This document shows, in pieces, positions 1-10,175 of a DNA stretch of 64,000 bases. The first letter of the stretch is position 1. Each line of letters begins with the position of its first letter. The DNA lies in the IMG/VR virus record IMGVR_UViG_3300036942_000180, positions 1-64,000 of that record, one strand, 5' to 3'. The notes below the pieces were generated by a model. That model was not told the origin of the DNA. It did no database searches and was given only the letters and a program-made list of their open reading frames with translations. The DNA is from a virus. The translations under genes were made by a program, and so were the position numbers.

Positions 1-87
1 CCTTCGCTCGGACTTCCGACTCTGAGCTTACGCTCTCACCTTCGTTCGAGCCTCCAGCTCTAAGACCATACGAGCGAGGTAAGAGCC

Positions 88-106
88 GATCGCCTAATCG
101 GCGATC
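88..106. promoter_or_regulatory. GC-rich hairpin immediately after the putative DGR variable region (candidate IMH/cruciform)
   Basis: GATCGCC-TAATC-GGCGATC perfect 7-bp stem overlapping the stop codon, inside a GC-rich tract (1-240) in an AT-rich genome. Confidence 0.55.
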
Positions 107-966
107 TCCAAGACTGGCCTCCACCCATAATACTCGTCCGTCCTGTACGAGAGATCACGAGTCAAGTACGACGCTCCATAATAGCCACGAAGCACTCTGA
201 CAGTATACGTAAAATCTGTATGGTCAGAAACTTCTTGGCACCATGTTCTTGAACCTAAGTTAAAAGTATAATGAGTCCCTAAATCTCTATTTGTAAATCC
301 TATATTATAATTATCCAAATCATCTGGAACATATTGAGAGTAATTCCACCCTCCAGTTTTGGCAAACTCATGAATAGGTAACATTAATAAATTCCACTCA
401 TTAGCTGGACCTATACTATCTCTGTCATCATCCATAAAACTATTAGTGGGATCATTAGAAGCTCCTTTGAATAACCTTACATTAAAAGTCACGTTTTGTA
501 TTGTAACTTGAGCATCTTGAGCTACTCTTGCAACTGTACCATTAGTTCCATTATAGCTAGTATCATTATCTAACATAAATTGCTCACCAGAACTAATTGT
601 AGAACCAGTTCCATATACTGCTCCTTTTTGATATAAATGATCCCACGATATTGAATTTCTAATTGTTTTCATTGGAGTGTATAAAGTTTTTCCGTTCCAT
701 GAAAATTTCAACCAATCTACATCTGAAAATTGACTGTTTCCTTCAGTTATTCCTAATCTGCTAGCTAATTCATCACCTGTTATAAAATCTCTTGATTTTA
801 CTATACCGTAAAACCCAGCATCAGTAGTTCCTCGAGTTAATTTATCGGGATCTAATATATCTCTATAATTTAACTCACTAAATTTTTCATCAGCATATAC
901 TTTTGCATTATTTTCAGCTTCAGTGTCTCCTATATTTATAGTATTAAAGATTTCTGGCTTTCCCAT
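94..966 (-). CDS. Probable DGR target protein (C-type-lectin-like C-terminus, putative virion adhesin)
   Basis: C-terminus RVLRG..S.......GWRPVLE resembles CLec-fold DGR targets; the last ~35 codons switch to GC-rich, A-poor scaffold codons with NNY codons between them. Confidence 0.7.
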   Translation of the reverse strand: MGKPEIFNTINIGDTEAENNAKVYADEKFSELNYRDILDPDKLTRGTTDAGFYGIVKSRDFITGDELASRLGITEGNSQFSDVDWLKFSWNGKTLYTPMKTIRNSISWDHLYQKGAVYGTGSTISSGEQFMLDNDTSYNGTNGTVARVAQDAQVTIQNVTFNVRLFKGASNDPTNSFMDDDRDSIGPANEWNLLMLPIHEFAKTGGWNYSQYVPDDLDNYNIGFTNRDLGTHYTFNLGSRTWCQEVSDHTDFTYTVRVLRGYYGASYLTRDLSYRTDEYYGWRPVLEIAD

Positions 967-993
967 TTTATCATCCTTCCTATATTAAAGTAA

Positions 994-1017
994 AACGGGT
1001 AGAATAATCTACCCGTT
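994..1017 (-). terminator. Intrinsic terminator-like hairpin after portal gene
   Basis: AACGGGTAGA-ATAA-TCTACCCGTT inverted repeat. Confidence 0.6.
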
Positions 1018-1030
1018 CTAATATTTATCT

Positions 1031-3328
1031 TTACCAATTACTTCCTCCACTGTCTTCTTCGTCACCTTCATTGTTTATTAATTCTTCTTTTTCAATTTCT
1101 TTGTTGATATCCTTTACAATATCATTATAGCGTTCCCAATCCAGCTTAGGAAAGAACTCCTTCAATAGCTCAAAGTTGATCTTCTGTTGTAATTGCGGAT
1201 CAATGTCTCTATCATCACCTATGACTCCATTCTTGATGAACTCCACCACGTCATTAACATTCCTAATCTGATCGGAAAGATTATTAAGAGTAAGAGTAGT
1301 GGGAGAAGAAAATTTCACTTCAAGCAAACTAACTATATTCTTTATATTAGTCTCGTTCTCATCATTGTTATATATCTCGTCATTACCGTACTCATTGAAA
1401 AATAGTATCCTGTACAACTTAGTGAACCCTTTCCCGAAAATAGACTGGAAGTTAACTATGGATCTGATGAACTTACCATTCTTCATGGATAAACTTCTCG
1501 CAAAATCAGACCTCTGCTCGTTGAGGAACTCAGCAGGGATTCCTATCCCATTTATACAATTGTTAAGTAAATATTCAAGGAAATCATTCTCCATTCTCCT
1601 CTGCGGACCAGCACTTTCAGTTTCTATATCAAAAGGTGTGTCGCCGTTTACCCTAGGAATATAATAATCCTCGAATCTACCAGGGTACTTCATAGCAACG
1701 TCAGTATTCTTTAAGTCTTGCATACTCAACTCTCTCTGCTTGATGTCCCTGATAAGACTATTGACTGCTCCTTCCACGTCTTTATCCATCCCTACGTCTA
1801 CGTAAAATTTTCTACGTTCCTTACGGATCAGGTTCTCCATCATGGTAGTAGAAAGGGTAGCAATGTACAACTTAGCACTAAACAGTATCTTCTTATATAT
1901 ACTTTCCCCTATATCAAAATGAACAACTTCGTTAGGAGCTAGATAGGTAACCTTAACTTTCTTGTTAGTGATGTAATCTTTCTTCACCAACTCGTACACG
2001 ATCTCTCTCAAATCTTTATTGTTTTCCAGATACTTTTTGTCTATCTTCTTACCTATATTCTTAGCGAATATCTTAGATAAGAACTTGAGTTTCTTGTCAG
2101 AAGAGTCAGCGCTGTCCTTGAGCTGACCTATGTCTAACTTGTTAGTGAACAGGTCTTTCATCTCATCTTCTTTTCTCTGGTCGGCATCATCTAGTGCTTT
2201 ACCCTCTTCTATATAATAGTAACCGAAGTTAGATCCGTTAACCATGATGTCGATTACCCTCTCTGGATCTAATTTCTTGATGATGGATTTATTGATGTCA
2301 TAATCCACTTCTTTCTCATCATCTTCATCTTCTTTTTTATTAGTGTCATAGTTAGCGAAATCCATATCTTTACCAAGTTCAGGTTCAAATTCTTTCTTAG
2401 TTTCTAATAATTCTTCATATAATCCTTCCGGGCTATCATTGATTTCTATATTATTATTGAGAACAGTGGTAATTTCCTCTTTGTATTCTTCTAACAACTT
2501 CTCATTGTTTTCTTCCTCATCGCTATTAATAGAAATCAACCCATTTAATTGTTCCTTTTCCCTTTCAGTCAAAGCTACATTGTTCTCAGTTAATAAATAT
2601 TTGCTTTGATTTAACTCTTTCTTAGCTTGTTGCCTGCTACGGAATAGCTTATCATTTCCGTCTTCGTTGAGCATCTTGTTCATTTCTTTATCTACGTTTA
2701 AAACTCCCAGATAATATTCACCATACTTAAGAGTGTCCCCAACTATCTCTTCCACTCTATCCTTTATATCGTAACTCTCAGTAAGATTATTTACTTTATT
2801 AGAAACATTCTTGTCCGCTCCGCTATCTAACTTCTCTTTCTTGTAGAATATATTGAATATCTTCTTAGTGAAGTCGTCAGGTGAAATTATATTATCTTTG
2901 AACGTATCCAGTGCTTGACCAAGTTCGGGAATATTATTATAAATCATATTGAAATCCCTATATAGTTCCGCTTTAGATTCTTTAGAGCTTATTAATTCCT
3001 TTACTATTGCATTGTCTGGATTAATTAATTTATCTACATCAACTAAGTTTTCTTCATCTTTACCATTTTTTAATTTATCTTTTTGACTTTTATTCTCTTT
3101 TTCCATATTAATTCTACTAAAATATTCTATGATATTATTTCCAGTAACGTCATTCTTTATATTATTATTAATCTTGGAAATGATATTATTAATGTATTCT
3201 TCATCTTTTTCATTTTGTTCTTCAAACTCATTATCGCTACCAAAAATAATTCCAGTCGTTTTATCTCTAATTTTTCTAATAATGTCTAAACCACTATTAG
3301 AACTCTTATCTGCCATAACTTTCATCAT
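1031..3328 (-). CDS. Portal (head vertex) protein, T4 gp20-like
   Basis: Motifs PELGQALD..DNIISPD, YGEYYL, ERRKFYVDVG, EDYYIPR, GIPAEFL match gp20-type portals. Confidence 0.8.
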   Translation of the reverse strand: MMKVMADKSSNSGLDIIRKIRDKTTGIIFGSDNEFEEQNEKDEEYINNIISKINNNIKNDVTGNNIIEYFSRINMEKENKSQKDKLKNGKDEENLVDVDKLINPDNAIVKELISSKESKAELYRDFNMIYNNIPELGQALDTFKDNIISPDDFTKKIFNIFYKKEKLDSGADKNVSNKVNNLTESYDIKDRVEEIVGDTLKYGEYYLGVLNVDKEMNKMLNEDGNDKLFRSRQQAKKELNQSKYLLTENNVALTEREKEQLNGLISINSDEEENNEKLLEEYKEEITTVLNNNIEINDSPEGLYEELLETKKEFEPELGKDMDFANYDTNKKEDEDDEKEVDYDINKSIIKKLDPERVIDIMVNGSNFGYYYIEEGKALDDADQRKEDEMKDLFTNKLDIGQLKDSADSSDKKLKFLSKIFAKNIGKKIDKKYLENNKDLREIVYELVKKDYITNKKVKVTYLAPNEVVHFDIGESIYKKILFSAKLYIATLSTTMMENLIRKERRKFYVDVGMDKDVEGAVNSLIRDIKQRELSMQDLKNTDVAMKYPGRFEDYYIPRVNGDTPFDIETESAGPQRRMENDFLEYLLNNCINGIGIPAEFLNEQRSDFARSLSMKNGKFIRSIVNFQSIFGKGFTKLYRILFFNEYGNDEIYNNDENETNIKNIVSLLEVKFSSPTTLTLNNLSDQIRNVNDVVEFIKNGVIGDDRDIDPQLQQKINFELLKEFFPKLDWERYNDIVKDINKEIEKEELINNEGDEEDSGGSNW

Positions 3329-3348
3329 CCTTTCCTATAATAAAATAA

Positions 3349-3380
3349 CAAAAAAAAATAGGGATTATCTTAAATCCCTA
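3349..3380 (-). terminator. Intrinsic terminator after sigma gene
   Basis: TAGGGATT-N6-AATCCCTA followed by a T-run on the minus strand. Confidence 0.7.
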
Positions 3381-4228
3381 TATCTATCTGAATGAGTAAT
3401 ATATTTTCTTAGTTTCAGTAAACATTTACTTTCTATTTGTCTGATTCTTTCTCTACTTAAGTCTAACATATTCCCTATCTCTTCTAAAGTTCTTTTATTG
3501 CCATCTATAAAACCAAATCTATGTTTAATAATAAATTGTTCTTTACTTCTTAAATATCGATCAAGAAGATCAGATATTAATTCTTTTTCAACAATTTCTT
3601 TAATAAATTTTTCATCAGTCATTTCTTCTTTTTTATCAGAAATAAATGTTATTAATTCATCATTTTTAGCAGCAGGACTTGAATGAATAGATGAATTTTT
3701 TATTATATTATTATTAATTCTAGATAAATCTTCAAGTTCTTCTATAGAAAAATCAGTAAATTCTGATATTTCTTCTTTAGTTGGTTCTCTATCATATTTT
3801 TTAGTTAAAAAACTATAAGCTTTATTTATTTTTTCTAATTTTTCTCTTTGATGTATTGGAATTCTAATAGAACTACAGGTGTCCTGAATATATCTATTAA
3901 TTCTTTGTTCAATCCAGAAGTATGAATATGTTGAAAATTTATTATTCATTTCTGGCTTAAATTTATCAATTGCTACCATCAGACCAGTACTACCTTCTTG
4001 TATAAGATCTGCCATTTCAGCACCATCAAAACCTTTATAATTATTAGCTATATTAATAACTAATCTCATATTATATTTAATTAATTCTTCTTTAGCGGTT
4101 TCATCATTTTTATTATGATACCTATCAAAGAGTTCTTTTTCTTCTTCTTTAGTCAGTAATCTATCATGAGCATACGACTGAATAACTTCTTGAGACTCGT
4201 CATATTGATTTGGAGTATAACTATACAT
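3365..4228 (-). CDS. RpoD/RpoS-like sigma70-family factor
   Basis: Region 2 (NMRLVINIA, DLIQEG..GL..AIDKF, FSTYSYFWI), region 3 (IRIPIH, REPT) and region 4 HTH (TLEEIG...LSRERIRQIE). Confidence 0.92.
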   Translation of the reverse strand: MYSYTPNQYDESQEVIQSYAHDRLLTKEEEKELFDRYHNKNDETAKEELIKYNMRLVINIANNYKGFDGAEMADLIQEGSTGLMVAIDKFKPEMNNKFSTYSYFWIEQRINRYIQDTCSSIRIPIHQREKLEKINKAYSFLTKKYDREPTKEEISEFTDFSIEELEDLSRINNNIIKNSSIHSSPAAKNDELITFISDKKEEMTDEKFIKEIVEKELISDLLDRYLRSKEQFIIKHRFGFIDGNKRTLEEIGNMLDLSRERIRQIESKCLLKLRKYITHSDRYRDLR

Positions 4229-4255
4229 TTATATAATTTCCCCTTTATATTTATA

Positions 4256-5038
4256 TTATTTATTAATAAATGTAAAATACTGATTTAATTCATAATACTT
4301 ATTTCTTAAATAAAATTTGATATTGTACTTATCTTTTCCATTCTTATCTTCATACAATTCGATTGAAGCATTTTTAGTCTTCTTTTTGAATTTAACTAGA
4401 AAATTATAACCTATCTTGAAGAACACGTAGTTATCATCTATGGGTTCGCTAACAGATAACTCTTCACTATCCAGATTTAAATAAAGATCTGAGATAGCTC
4501 TTTTATCTTTCATTTTCTTATAAGTTTCATATGGAAAATCAAATTTACATATGAAAGTATCATCATTCATTCTCTCTTCTAGAGAGTTGTTAAATTCTTT
4601 TATCTTACTCAATATATTATACGAATTGAATTGCTCTTGAAACTTGAAGTTTATATCCTCTTCTTCATTAGAAGAATTTATATACAATTTGCTATTATCT
4701 ATCTTAATAGTATCCACGTTTTTCTTGATCTTTTTCTTCTTAAAATTGTCATAGTACTCGTCACCTATCATCTTGAGCGTTGGTTTGTGATCCTTCAAGT
4801 AATCTATAACTTTCACGAACTCTTGTTGTTTGGTGGATCTACTACTTACATTATGAATATCCATAGTAAGTTTAACAATACTAGTAGAATTATCATTCAA
4901 CAAGTAAGCATTATTGCCACATATAAAATATTTTCCACTATCAATGTTTGGAAAATTTCTAGGTTTCATAACTTGATTAATTTCGTAAAGGTAATCATTG
5001 AAATATTTAGCCTTTTCTCCTGTAAGTTCTATCAACAT
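4256..5038 (-). CDS. Hypothetical protein
   Basis: 260-aa ORF with SD and upstream AACA-N6-TA motif. Confidence 0.7.
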   Translation of the reverse strand: MLIELTGEKAKYFNDYLYEINQVMKPRNFPNIDSGKYFICGNNAYLLNDNSTSIVKLTMDIHNVSSRSTKQQEFVKVIDYLKDHKPTLKMIGDEYYDNFKKKKIKKNVDTIKIDNSKLYINSSNEEEDINFKFQEQFNSYNILSKIKEFNNSLEERMNDDTFICKFDFPYETYKKMKDKRAISDLYLNLDSEELSVSEPIDDNYVFFKIGYNFLVKFKKKTKNASIELYEDKNGKDKYNIKFYLRNKYYELNQYFTFINK

Positions 5039-5059
5039 AAATCACTCCTTCATATTATT

Positions 5060-5071
5060 TATTATTATGTT
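5060..5071 (-). promoter_or_regulatory. Late-type (non-virion RNAP) promoter AACA-N6-TA
   Basis: AACA-TAATAA-TA just upstream of SD; same motif at 13080-13091, 14688-14699, 48746-48757, 50396-50407, 55157-55168, 59370-59381. Confidence 0.6.
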
Positions 5072-5105
5072 ACATTAATATTTTTGAGAAAAAGCTAAAT
5101 ATGAG

Positions 5106-6125
5106 TTAAGAGTTCTTTACTTTAGCTTCCATTATTTTCTTCTTCAATTCTAATTTTTCCTCATCATCGAAATAGTCGTTTTCCATGAGATTCAGAATAA
5201 TATTTCTATTTATTTTTATTTTAATATCTTGTCTATCTTCTGCCCATGTTTTTTCATTCATTAAATTGCTTAAATTACTTATTAGATTATTTTTAATTCT
5301 TCCTTTTGTTCTAGCGTGGAACTTTTTATTAATTAATGTTTTTGATATATATTTTGAATAGAAATTAATCTTATCTTTATTAGAAAATAAATGATCAATA
5401 AACATAGAATTAGAATCATCAAAAGCACCAATAAAATCTTTTATAAAATTAGAATTATCAGTCATAAATTTATAGAATAAATTTATTAAAAAACTATCGC
5501 CAAATTTTATTTCATTTTTATTTAATTTATCTTCATATTTCATTAAAGCAGTAGAAATTAAATAGAAAGATGTTTTATTTATTTTTCTATCTTTAATTTC
5601 ATATCCATCTACTTCTCTATCATTATAACTTGATAATACTTCAGTATTAATTATACTATTATAAATTATTTCATTAACTTTATCAATATCAATAGTTTTA
5701 TCTCTATTATTGTTAGCTACTGTTAGTAACATATTTAAGTTTTTATTTATAGATACAAATGAAAGTTCATCTACTTCTTCCCATTCTGAAAAATAATCTT
5801 GAACGTATTTCTTTATGTCTTCTATATTATTAAAATTAAAAGTATCATCATTTAACATTTTAGGATCTTTAGTATTTAATAAATTAGTAAGTTTAAACTG
5901 TTTAATATCATCTACTATATTAAAAAATTTATTTACATCATTATAATATTCTTCTAAAAATTCAATTAATAAATTAACCTTAATATCTATTAGTTCGTGT
6001 CTTTCAAGAGTAACTTGTGATACTGTTCTTAATGGTCTTAATTCATTTGAAAACTTGGGAATATATTTCCCTCTGTCTTTCCTTTCCTTATTAGCTTCGT
6101 CGAATTCTTTTGACATTTTCATCAA
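5106..6125 (-). CDS. Hypothetical protein, paralog of 6126..6977, with C-terminal KKxxMExK tag
   Basis: Shares IIYxSIIN, INKTSF, LFYKF, YISKT blocks with its neighbour; ends KKKIMEAKVKNS. Confidence 0.75.
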   Translation of the reverse strand: MMKMSKEFDEANKERKDRGKYIPKFSNELRPLRTVSQVTLERHELIDIKVNLLIEFLEEYYNDVNKFFNIVDDIKQFKLTNLLNTKDPKMLNDDTFNFNNIEDIKKYVQDYFSEWEEVDELSFVSINKNLNMLLTVANNNRDKTIDIDKVNEIIYNSIINTEVLSSYNDREVDGYEIKDRKINKTSFYLISTALMKYEDKLNKNEIKFGDSFLINLFYKFMTDNSNFIKDFIGAFDDSNSMFIDHLFSNKDKINFYSKYISKTLINKKFHARTKGRIKNNLISNLSNLMNEKTWAEDRQDIKIKINRNIILNLMENDYFDDEEKLELKKKIMEAKVKNS

Positions 6126-6977
6126 TTATTCCTCCTTTAGTTTATTTTCCATTATTATTTTTTTAATACTACTTATTTCTTTATTACTATAAAAACTACC
6201 ATCATTTATTAAATTAGATACAATCTCTTTAAATATATATCGATAACTATTTATTTCATCAGATTCTAATAACTTTTTTAAATTATTTTTGATTCTTCTT
6301 ACTGTATTTCCATGAAAATCTTTCATTAAAATAGTTTTACTTATATATTTTATATAAAAATTCTCTAGTATATTTTTATCATCTAATCTAGAAATAAAAC
6401 CAATCTTATCATTTAAATTTTCTAATAAAGAAGAATCATCCATTATAAACTTATAGAATAAATCTAATAAAAATTCTTCTTTAAATTCGATGTTATCTTC
6501 ATCTAATCTATTTTCATATTGAGCTAATGCAAAAGAATTAATATGAAAAGAAGTTTTATTTATTTCTCTTATATAGTCTAAAAATGAAGAATTAATTATA
6601 CTTTTATATATTATTTGATTTATCTCATTAATATCTAGAGGGGTCTTATTGACATTCATAGCCATCCGAATTAATTCATTTAATAGATCAGCATCAGATA
6701 TGAATTCCTTAACTTCTTTTTCTTTATCCTGGTCTCTTAGATTATTAGTTACATATAATTCAAACTCTGGAATACTATTAATAATTATTCCTTGTTTGTT
6801 TATTTTATCGTAAAAATTCTTTCTATCAGTAGAAGAAATTTCTTCTAAATAATTAACTAATAACTTAGATCTTACACTAACTATTTCATTGATTTCAAAT
6901 CTCCACTGTTGGATCGTGTCAAGTTTAATTAAATTTTTAGAAAAATAATATAAATATTCACTTTTATCTTTTCCCAT
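6126..6977 (-). CDS. Hypothetical protein, paralog of 5106..6125, with C-terminal tag
   Basis: Ends IKKIIMENKLKEE. Confidence 0.75.
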   Translation of the reverse strand: MGKDKSEYLYYFSKNLIKLDTIQQWRFEINEIVSVRSKLLVNYLEEISSTDRKNFYDKINKQGIIINSIPEFELYVTNNLRDQDKEKEVKEFISDADLLNELIRMAMNVNKTPLDINEINQIIYKSIINSSFLDYIREINKTSFHINSFALAQYENRLDEDNIEFKEEFLLDLFYKFIMDDSSLLENLNDKIGFISRLDDKNILENFYIKYISKTILMKDFHGNTVRRIKNNLKKLLESDEINSYRYIFKEIVSNLINDGSFYSNKEISSIKKIIMENKLKEE

Positions 6978-6980
6978 TAA

Positions 6981-7112
6981 TTATTCCTCCCTTATAAAAT
7001 ATCCGACTATCATTAAAAGTAATATTATAATAATCCAAATCCACCAGTATTCGATGAACAACCTAAATTCAGCATACGATTGCATTTTTATCAATTCAAT
7101 GAATCTTTCCAT
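6981..7112 (-). CDS. Small membrane peptide (43 aa, not in ORF track)
   Basis: GGAGAGG SD; MERFIELIKMQSYAEFRLFIEYWWIWIIIILLLMIVGYFIREE. Confidence 0.6.
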   Translation of the reverse strand: MERFIELIKMQSYAEFRLFIEYWWIWIIIILLLMIVGYFIREE

Positions 7113-7125
7113 TTAATACCTCTCC

Positions 7126-7653
7126 TTATAAAGTGTATATTTCATTTCTGACAGTTTCTATTTCTTCAAGGGTTAGAGTCATCTCTTCTTTTTCTCCCTC
7201 ATCGTTTGTCTTATATAAAGTGACTGTCTCATTGTAGTTTTTCTTTCCTTTGAGGTTCCTATTCACTATTATGATCTCTTCCTCTCTGATTTCTTTAAGT
7301 TTATCGATACTTTTAGGGTGGAATAGAGGAAGAGGTCTTTTATCAGTATCTTTCCCATATAGATTGGAATTATATCTGGCAATCCTCATGAAATCCTTAG
7401 AAGTATTAGTATTATCTTGATCATTCATTATTATATTGTGATTCAATTCATTCTTAAATTCACACATTATTTTATATGACTTGTACATGTCTGAAGATAT
7501 CCTATCCCAATCTAATTCATCCATAAAATGGTAGCAGAGCTTAATTATTTCTTCATCGTTGAAATCATTATTGAATATAGCATTTTCTAAATCAGCATCT
7601 CCTCTTGCTAGTTTAACTTCCATTAAGAGTTTTTTCATCTTTTTACTGCTCAT
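7126..7653 (-). CDS. Trp-repeat family member with divergent C-terminus; N-terminal tag
   Basis: First ~50 aa near-identical to 7670..8314 and 8335..8928. Confidence 0.75.
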   Translation of the reverse strand: MSSKKMKKLLMEVKLARGDADLENAIFNNDFNDEEIIKLCYHFMDELDWDRISSDMYKSYKIMCEFKNELNHNIIMNDQDNTNTSKDFMRIARYNSNLYGKDTDKRPLPLFHPKSIDKLKEIREEEIIIVNRNLKGKKNYNETVTLYKTNDEGEKEEMTLTLEEIETVRNEIYTL

Positions 7654-7669
7654 TAATTACCTCCCTTAA

Positions 7670-8314
7670 TTAAATTGTATCTTCAAAATCTAATTTATCT
7701 TTAAATTCCTTTATGAATTCTTCAGATAAATTTTGATTATAATATATCTCCAACCAATCCAGTTTGTCTTTAAATTCTCTCATGAATTCTTCTGATAGGT
7801 TTTGACTACGGGATATACCAGTCCAGTCTAATTTATCTTTGAATTCTCTTATGAACTTTTCCGATAATTTTTGATTGTATGATATCTCTCCCCAATCTAC
7901 TTTATCTTTAAATTCCTTTATAAACCTTTCTGATAAATTTTTGTAAACAGATATCTCCCTCCAATCTACTTTATCTTTAAACTCTCTTATGAAACTTTCT
8001 GATATTTTTTGATTATATGATAATCTATACCAATCTAATTTATCTTTGAATTTTCTCATAAATTTTTCCGATAACTTTTGCTTATGAGATAGCGTTTTCC
8101 AATCTAGTTTATCTTTAAATTCTTTCATAAAATCTTCTGACAATTTTTTATAATATGCTATCTTATGCCAATCTAATTCATTCATAAAATGATGACACAG
8201 CTCAATTATTTCTTCATCACTAAAATCATTATTAAAGATAGCATTTTCTAAATCAGTATCTCCTCTTGCTAGTTTAACTTCCATTAAGAGTTTTTTCATT
8301 TTTTTACTACTCAT
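7670..8314 (-). CDS. Tryptophan-repeat (22-aa LSExFIREFKDKLDW) solenoid protein; N-terminal tag
   Basis: About 7 tandem 22-aa repeats. Confidence 0.85.
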   Translation of the reverse strand: MSSKKMKKLLMEVKLARGDTDLENAIFNNDFSDEEIIELCHHFMNELDWHKIAYYKKLSEDFMKEFKDKLDWKTLSHKQKLSEKFMRKFKDKLDWYRLSYNQKISESFIREFKDKVDWREISVYKNLSERFIKEFKDKVDWGEISYNQKLSEKFIREFKDKLDWTGISRSQNLSEEFMREFKDKLDWLEIYYNQNLSEEFIKEFKDKLDFEDTI

Positions 8315-8334
8315 TAGTTAATTACCTCCTTTAA

Positions 8335-8928
8335 TTAAATCATATTTTTTAAACCGAATTTATCTCTAAATTCTTTAATAAAATTCCTTGATAGATCTTG
8401 TTCATAATATATTTCCTTCCAATCTACTTTATCTTTAAATTCCCTTATGAACTCCTCCGATAATTCTTGACTGTATGATATTCCTGTCCAATCTACTTTA
8501 TCCTCAAACTCCCTTATGAAATTTTCTGAGAGTTTTTGATTATATGATATTCCCTCCCAATTTAACTCATCTTTAAATTCTCTTATGAAATCTTCTGATA
8601 ATTTTTGATTGTACGAAATTTCATCCCAATTTAACTCATCTTTAAATTCTCTTATGAAATCTTCTGATAATTTTTGATTGTACGAAATTTCATCCCAATT
8701 TAACCAATTTAATTTATCTTTAAATTCTCTTATGAAATCTTCTGATAATTTTTGATTGTACGAAATTTCATCCCAATTTAACCAATCTAATTCATCCATA
8801 AAATGGTAGCAAAGCTTGATTATTTCTTCATCACTAAAATCGTTATTAAAGATAGCATTTTCTAAATCAGTATCTCCTCTTGCTAGTTTAACTTCCATTA
8901 TGAGTTTCTTTATTTCTTTACTCTTCAT
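8335..8928 (-). CDS. Tryptophan-repeat solenoid protein; N-terminal tag
   Basis: About 6 repeats, several identical at DNA level. Confidence 0.85.
   Translation of the reverse strand: MKSKEIKKLIMEVKLARGDTDLENAIFNNDFSDEEIIKLCYHFMDELDWLNWDEISYNQKLSEDFIREFKDKLNWLNWDEISYNQKLSEDFIREFKDELNWDEISYNQKLSEDFIREFKDELNWEGISYNQKLSENFIREFEDKVDWTGISYSQELSEEFIREFKDKVDWKEIYYEQDLSRNFIKEFRDKFGLKNMI
8555..8790. repeat. Near-exact 66/75-nt coding tandem repeats
   Basis: Unit TCTTTAAATTCTCTTATGAAATCTTCTGATAATTTTTGATTGTACGAAATTTCATCCCAATTTAAC occurs three times. Confidence 0.85.
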
Positions 8929-9232
8929 AATTACTCCTTTCTTTATACTTACAATCCTCCCAACATCTTTCTATTTGGTCCTTATTACATCCATCCGATT
9001 TAACATTAATATTTAATTCCCTATAGTATTTAGAACAATATTCTTTTCTAATATAAGCCCAACTTCTCCTTGGTTTATCACCCTGTCCATAGTATGGGGC
9101 TGTCTGTATACTACACCGTCTATATAATTTACCATCCTTAACAGTATATTTTAATTTTGGTTTTTCTTTTAATAATATAATATTTTTTATTTCTTTCTTT
9201 GGTTTAAATAGATTTAATAATTTATCTAGCAT
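8918..9232 (-). CDS. Hypothetical Cys-rich protein
   Basis: SD present; 5 Cys in C-terminal half. Confidence 0.6.
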   Translation of the reverse strand: MLDKLLNLFKPKKEIKNIILLKEKPKLKYTVKDGKLYRRCSIQTAPYYGQGDKPRRSWAYIRKEYCSKYYRELNINVKSDGCNKDQIERCWEDCKYKERSNYEE

Positions 9233-9256
9233 TTCTTTTACCTCCTTTATAGAATA

Positions 9257-10159
9257 TTAATAAATTAAACTACCTTCATCATCCCACTTAGTATATAATT
9301 TGCAATTAGGACGAAGTATAAAGTACTTAATATCATTCTTAACTTCTTCATTCATACAATCATCATCAACTACAGTACCTATACCATTGACTGAATATTT
9401 CACTAACCCGAAGTCTAGCTTTTCTAAAGCTCTTCCATTTTCTTTAATGTAATCATTAATTCTTTCAACGGTCTCATCTTTAGCTTTATTCTTTTCAATC
9501 CAATTATGAATCTTAGCACCATCTTCCTTTTCCATATAATTGTCATCATTGTAAAGAACTCTGAATGTTACTTGGTCGGCTCTGAATTTTTCTTTGACTA
9601 TTCTAAATATTTTTTCAACAGATATGTCGTCAAAATCAGAAGTAAGGTTGATAGAAATTCTTAAGTTAAATCTTCTAACTTTAATCTCTTCTACTAGCTT
9701 TTCAAAAGATAAAAATTTCATAGAATCATTATATTGCATATTCAATTTATTACGGTGTTCATCAAATGATGATATTGATAGAGAAATAGTTTTAATCCCC
9801 ACGTGATTTCTAAGGAAATATAAATAATCTCCGTCAAGCATTACACCAGTAGTTTGAAGCTCAATTTTACTAAATGGCTTTGATAGTGACTTATTGATGC
9901 TTCCAAAATTCATTAGGAAACTCTTATTTTGTTGCGGTTCACCATTACCTGTTAATATTATAGTGTCGCACCCTCTGTCTTGAGCAAATTGTAATCTTTG
10001 TTTATAGTCTCGTTCATATAGATTATAATAGATATTGTTATTATTCAACATATCCTCATACTTGTCATTATCATCTACAAGTCTACTCACGCAGAATTTG
10101 CATTGATTGATGCATTTTCTGGTTGGTACTACTACTGATAAACTTTGTACTTTACCCAT
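9257..10159 (-). CDS. Radical SAM protein
   Basis: CxxxCxxC (CINQCKFC), TGNGEP motif. Confidence 0.88.
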   Translation of the reverse strand: MGKVQSLSVVVPTRKCINQCKFCVSRLVDDNDKYEDMLNNNNIYYNLYERDYKQRLQFAQDRGCDTIILTGNGEPQQNKSFLMNFGSINKSLSKPFSKIELQTTGVMLDGDYLYFLRNHVGIKTISLSISSFDEHRNKLNMQYNDSMKFLSFEKLVEEIKVRRFNLRISINLTSDFDDISVEKIFRIVKEKFRADQVTFRVLYNDDNYMEKEDGAKIHNWIEKNKAKDETVERINDYIKENGRALEKLDFGLVKYSVNGIGTVVDDDCMNEEVKNDIKYFILRPNCKLYTKWDDEGSLIY

Positions 10160-10175
10160 TTTTAATTCCTCCTAA

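Noticed and set aside
8555-8790. Possible CRISPR array
   Set aside because: Repeats are in-frame coding units of 66/75 nt without unique spacers; no cas genes
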